Source of the DNA: a virus
Direction: 5' to 3' (one strand)
DNA: 11,745 nt
Virus genome (UHGV): UHGV-1592390
The position numbers and the translations under genes were made by a program. Shown here in pieces: positions 11,327 to 11,745 of the stretch (position 1 is the stretch's first letter; each line of letters starts with the position of its first letter). The notes under the pieces are model-generated. The model was not told where the DNA came from, did no database searches, and was given only the letters and a program-made list of their open reading frames with translations.

Positions 11327-11366
11327 GCTACGTTTCAAAGATATACATTATTGCTCTAATTATTTT
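11321..11366 (+). promoter_or_regulatory. Candidate sigma70 promoter for ssb overlapped by a C1-repressor operator-like site
   Basis: -35 TTGTTA (11321-11326), 17-bp spacer, -10 TACATT (11344-11349). Immediately downstream, ATTGCTCTAATTATTTT (11350-11366) matches the P1 C1 operator consensus ATTGCTCTAATAAATTT as I recall it at 15 of 17 positions. ssb GTG start follows at 11386. Confidence 0.5.
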
Positions 11367-11385
11367 ATTTTATTAGGTAAGAAAA

Positions 11386-11670
11386 GTGGCACAACGCGGT
11401 GTAAACAAAGTCATCCTGATTGGTACCCTGGGGCAAGACCCGGAGATCAGGTATATACCAAATGGCGGAGCAGTCGGAAGACTCAGCATCGCAACGAATG
11501 AATCATGGCGCGACAAGCAAACGGGCCAACAGAAAGAGCAAACAGAATGGCATAAAGTCGTTTTGTTCGGAAAACTTGCTGAAATTGCGAGTGAGTATTT
11601 ACGAAAAGGTTCTCAGGTCTACATCGAAGGGAAACTTAAAACCCGTAAGTGGACAGATGACGCCGGTGTA
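11386..11670 (+). pseudogene. ssb: Single-stranded DNA-binding protein gene, 5' portion only (codons 1-95), disrupted by IS1
   Basis: GTG start at 11386 with an AGGTAAG Shine-Dalgarno-like sequence upstream. Translation [95 protein letters not shown] aligns with the N-terminal OB-fold of E. coli SSB ([31 protein letters not shown]...KWTDQSG). After codon 95 the frame runs into IS1 sequence and is open to the window edge; the rest of the OB-fold, the Gly-rich linker and the acidic C-terminal tail are missing. Not in the ORF track because no stop occurs in-window. Confidence 0.85.
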
Positions 11671-11745
11671 GGTAATGACTCCAACTTATTGATAGTGTTT
11701 TATGTTCAGATAATGCCCGATGACTTTGTCATGCAGCTCCACCGA
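11671..11745 (-). mobile_element. IS1 terminal fragment (IRR / insB-distal end); element body continues downstream of the window
   Basis: GGTAATGACTCCAACTTATTGATAGTG... from 11671 is the IS1 right inverted repeat and adjacent sequence, read as the reverse complement of the canonical orientation. Same orientation as the IS1 end at 1..74. Confidence 0.9.

Noticed and set aside
11420-11671. 83-aa plus-strand ORF ([11 protein letters not shown]...)
   Set aside because: Out of frame with the recognisable SSB reading frame that starts at GTG 11386. Its translation is Arg/Ser/Lys-rich with no domain character.

Overview
This window reads as a segment of a bacteriophage P1-family phage-plasmid bracketed by two IS1 ends in the same orientation (1..74 and 11671..11745). 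Minus strand: a giant 2255-aa methyltransferase-helicase fusion (803..7570) matching the DarB antirestriction protein, followed by two small co-directional genes (ulx-like 329..769, lxc/bof-like 84..332). Divergent from darB on the plus strand: head-morphogenesis genes prt (portal, 7646..9355) and pro (prohead protease/scaffold, 9348..10367), ending at a bidirectional terminator. Minus strand again: the P1 SAR endolysin lyz (10659..11216), whose stop overlaps the start of a small holin-like ORF (10412..10666) that I do not recall being annotated. Plus strand: an ssb gene (GTG 11386) behind a C1-operator-like site, cut off after codon 95 by the right-hand IS1. I do not see an undescribed defence system: the large gene is the known P1 Dar anti-restriction component. 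The points worth a second look are the IS1-bracketed architecture, the IS1-disrupted ssb, the small membrane ORF coupled to lyz, and a decamer shared by the two divergent intergenic regions. All identifications rest on motif reading and recalled knowledge; no database search was possible.
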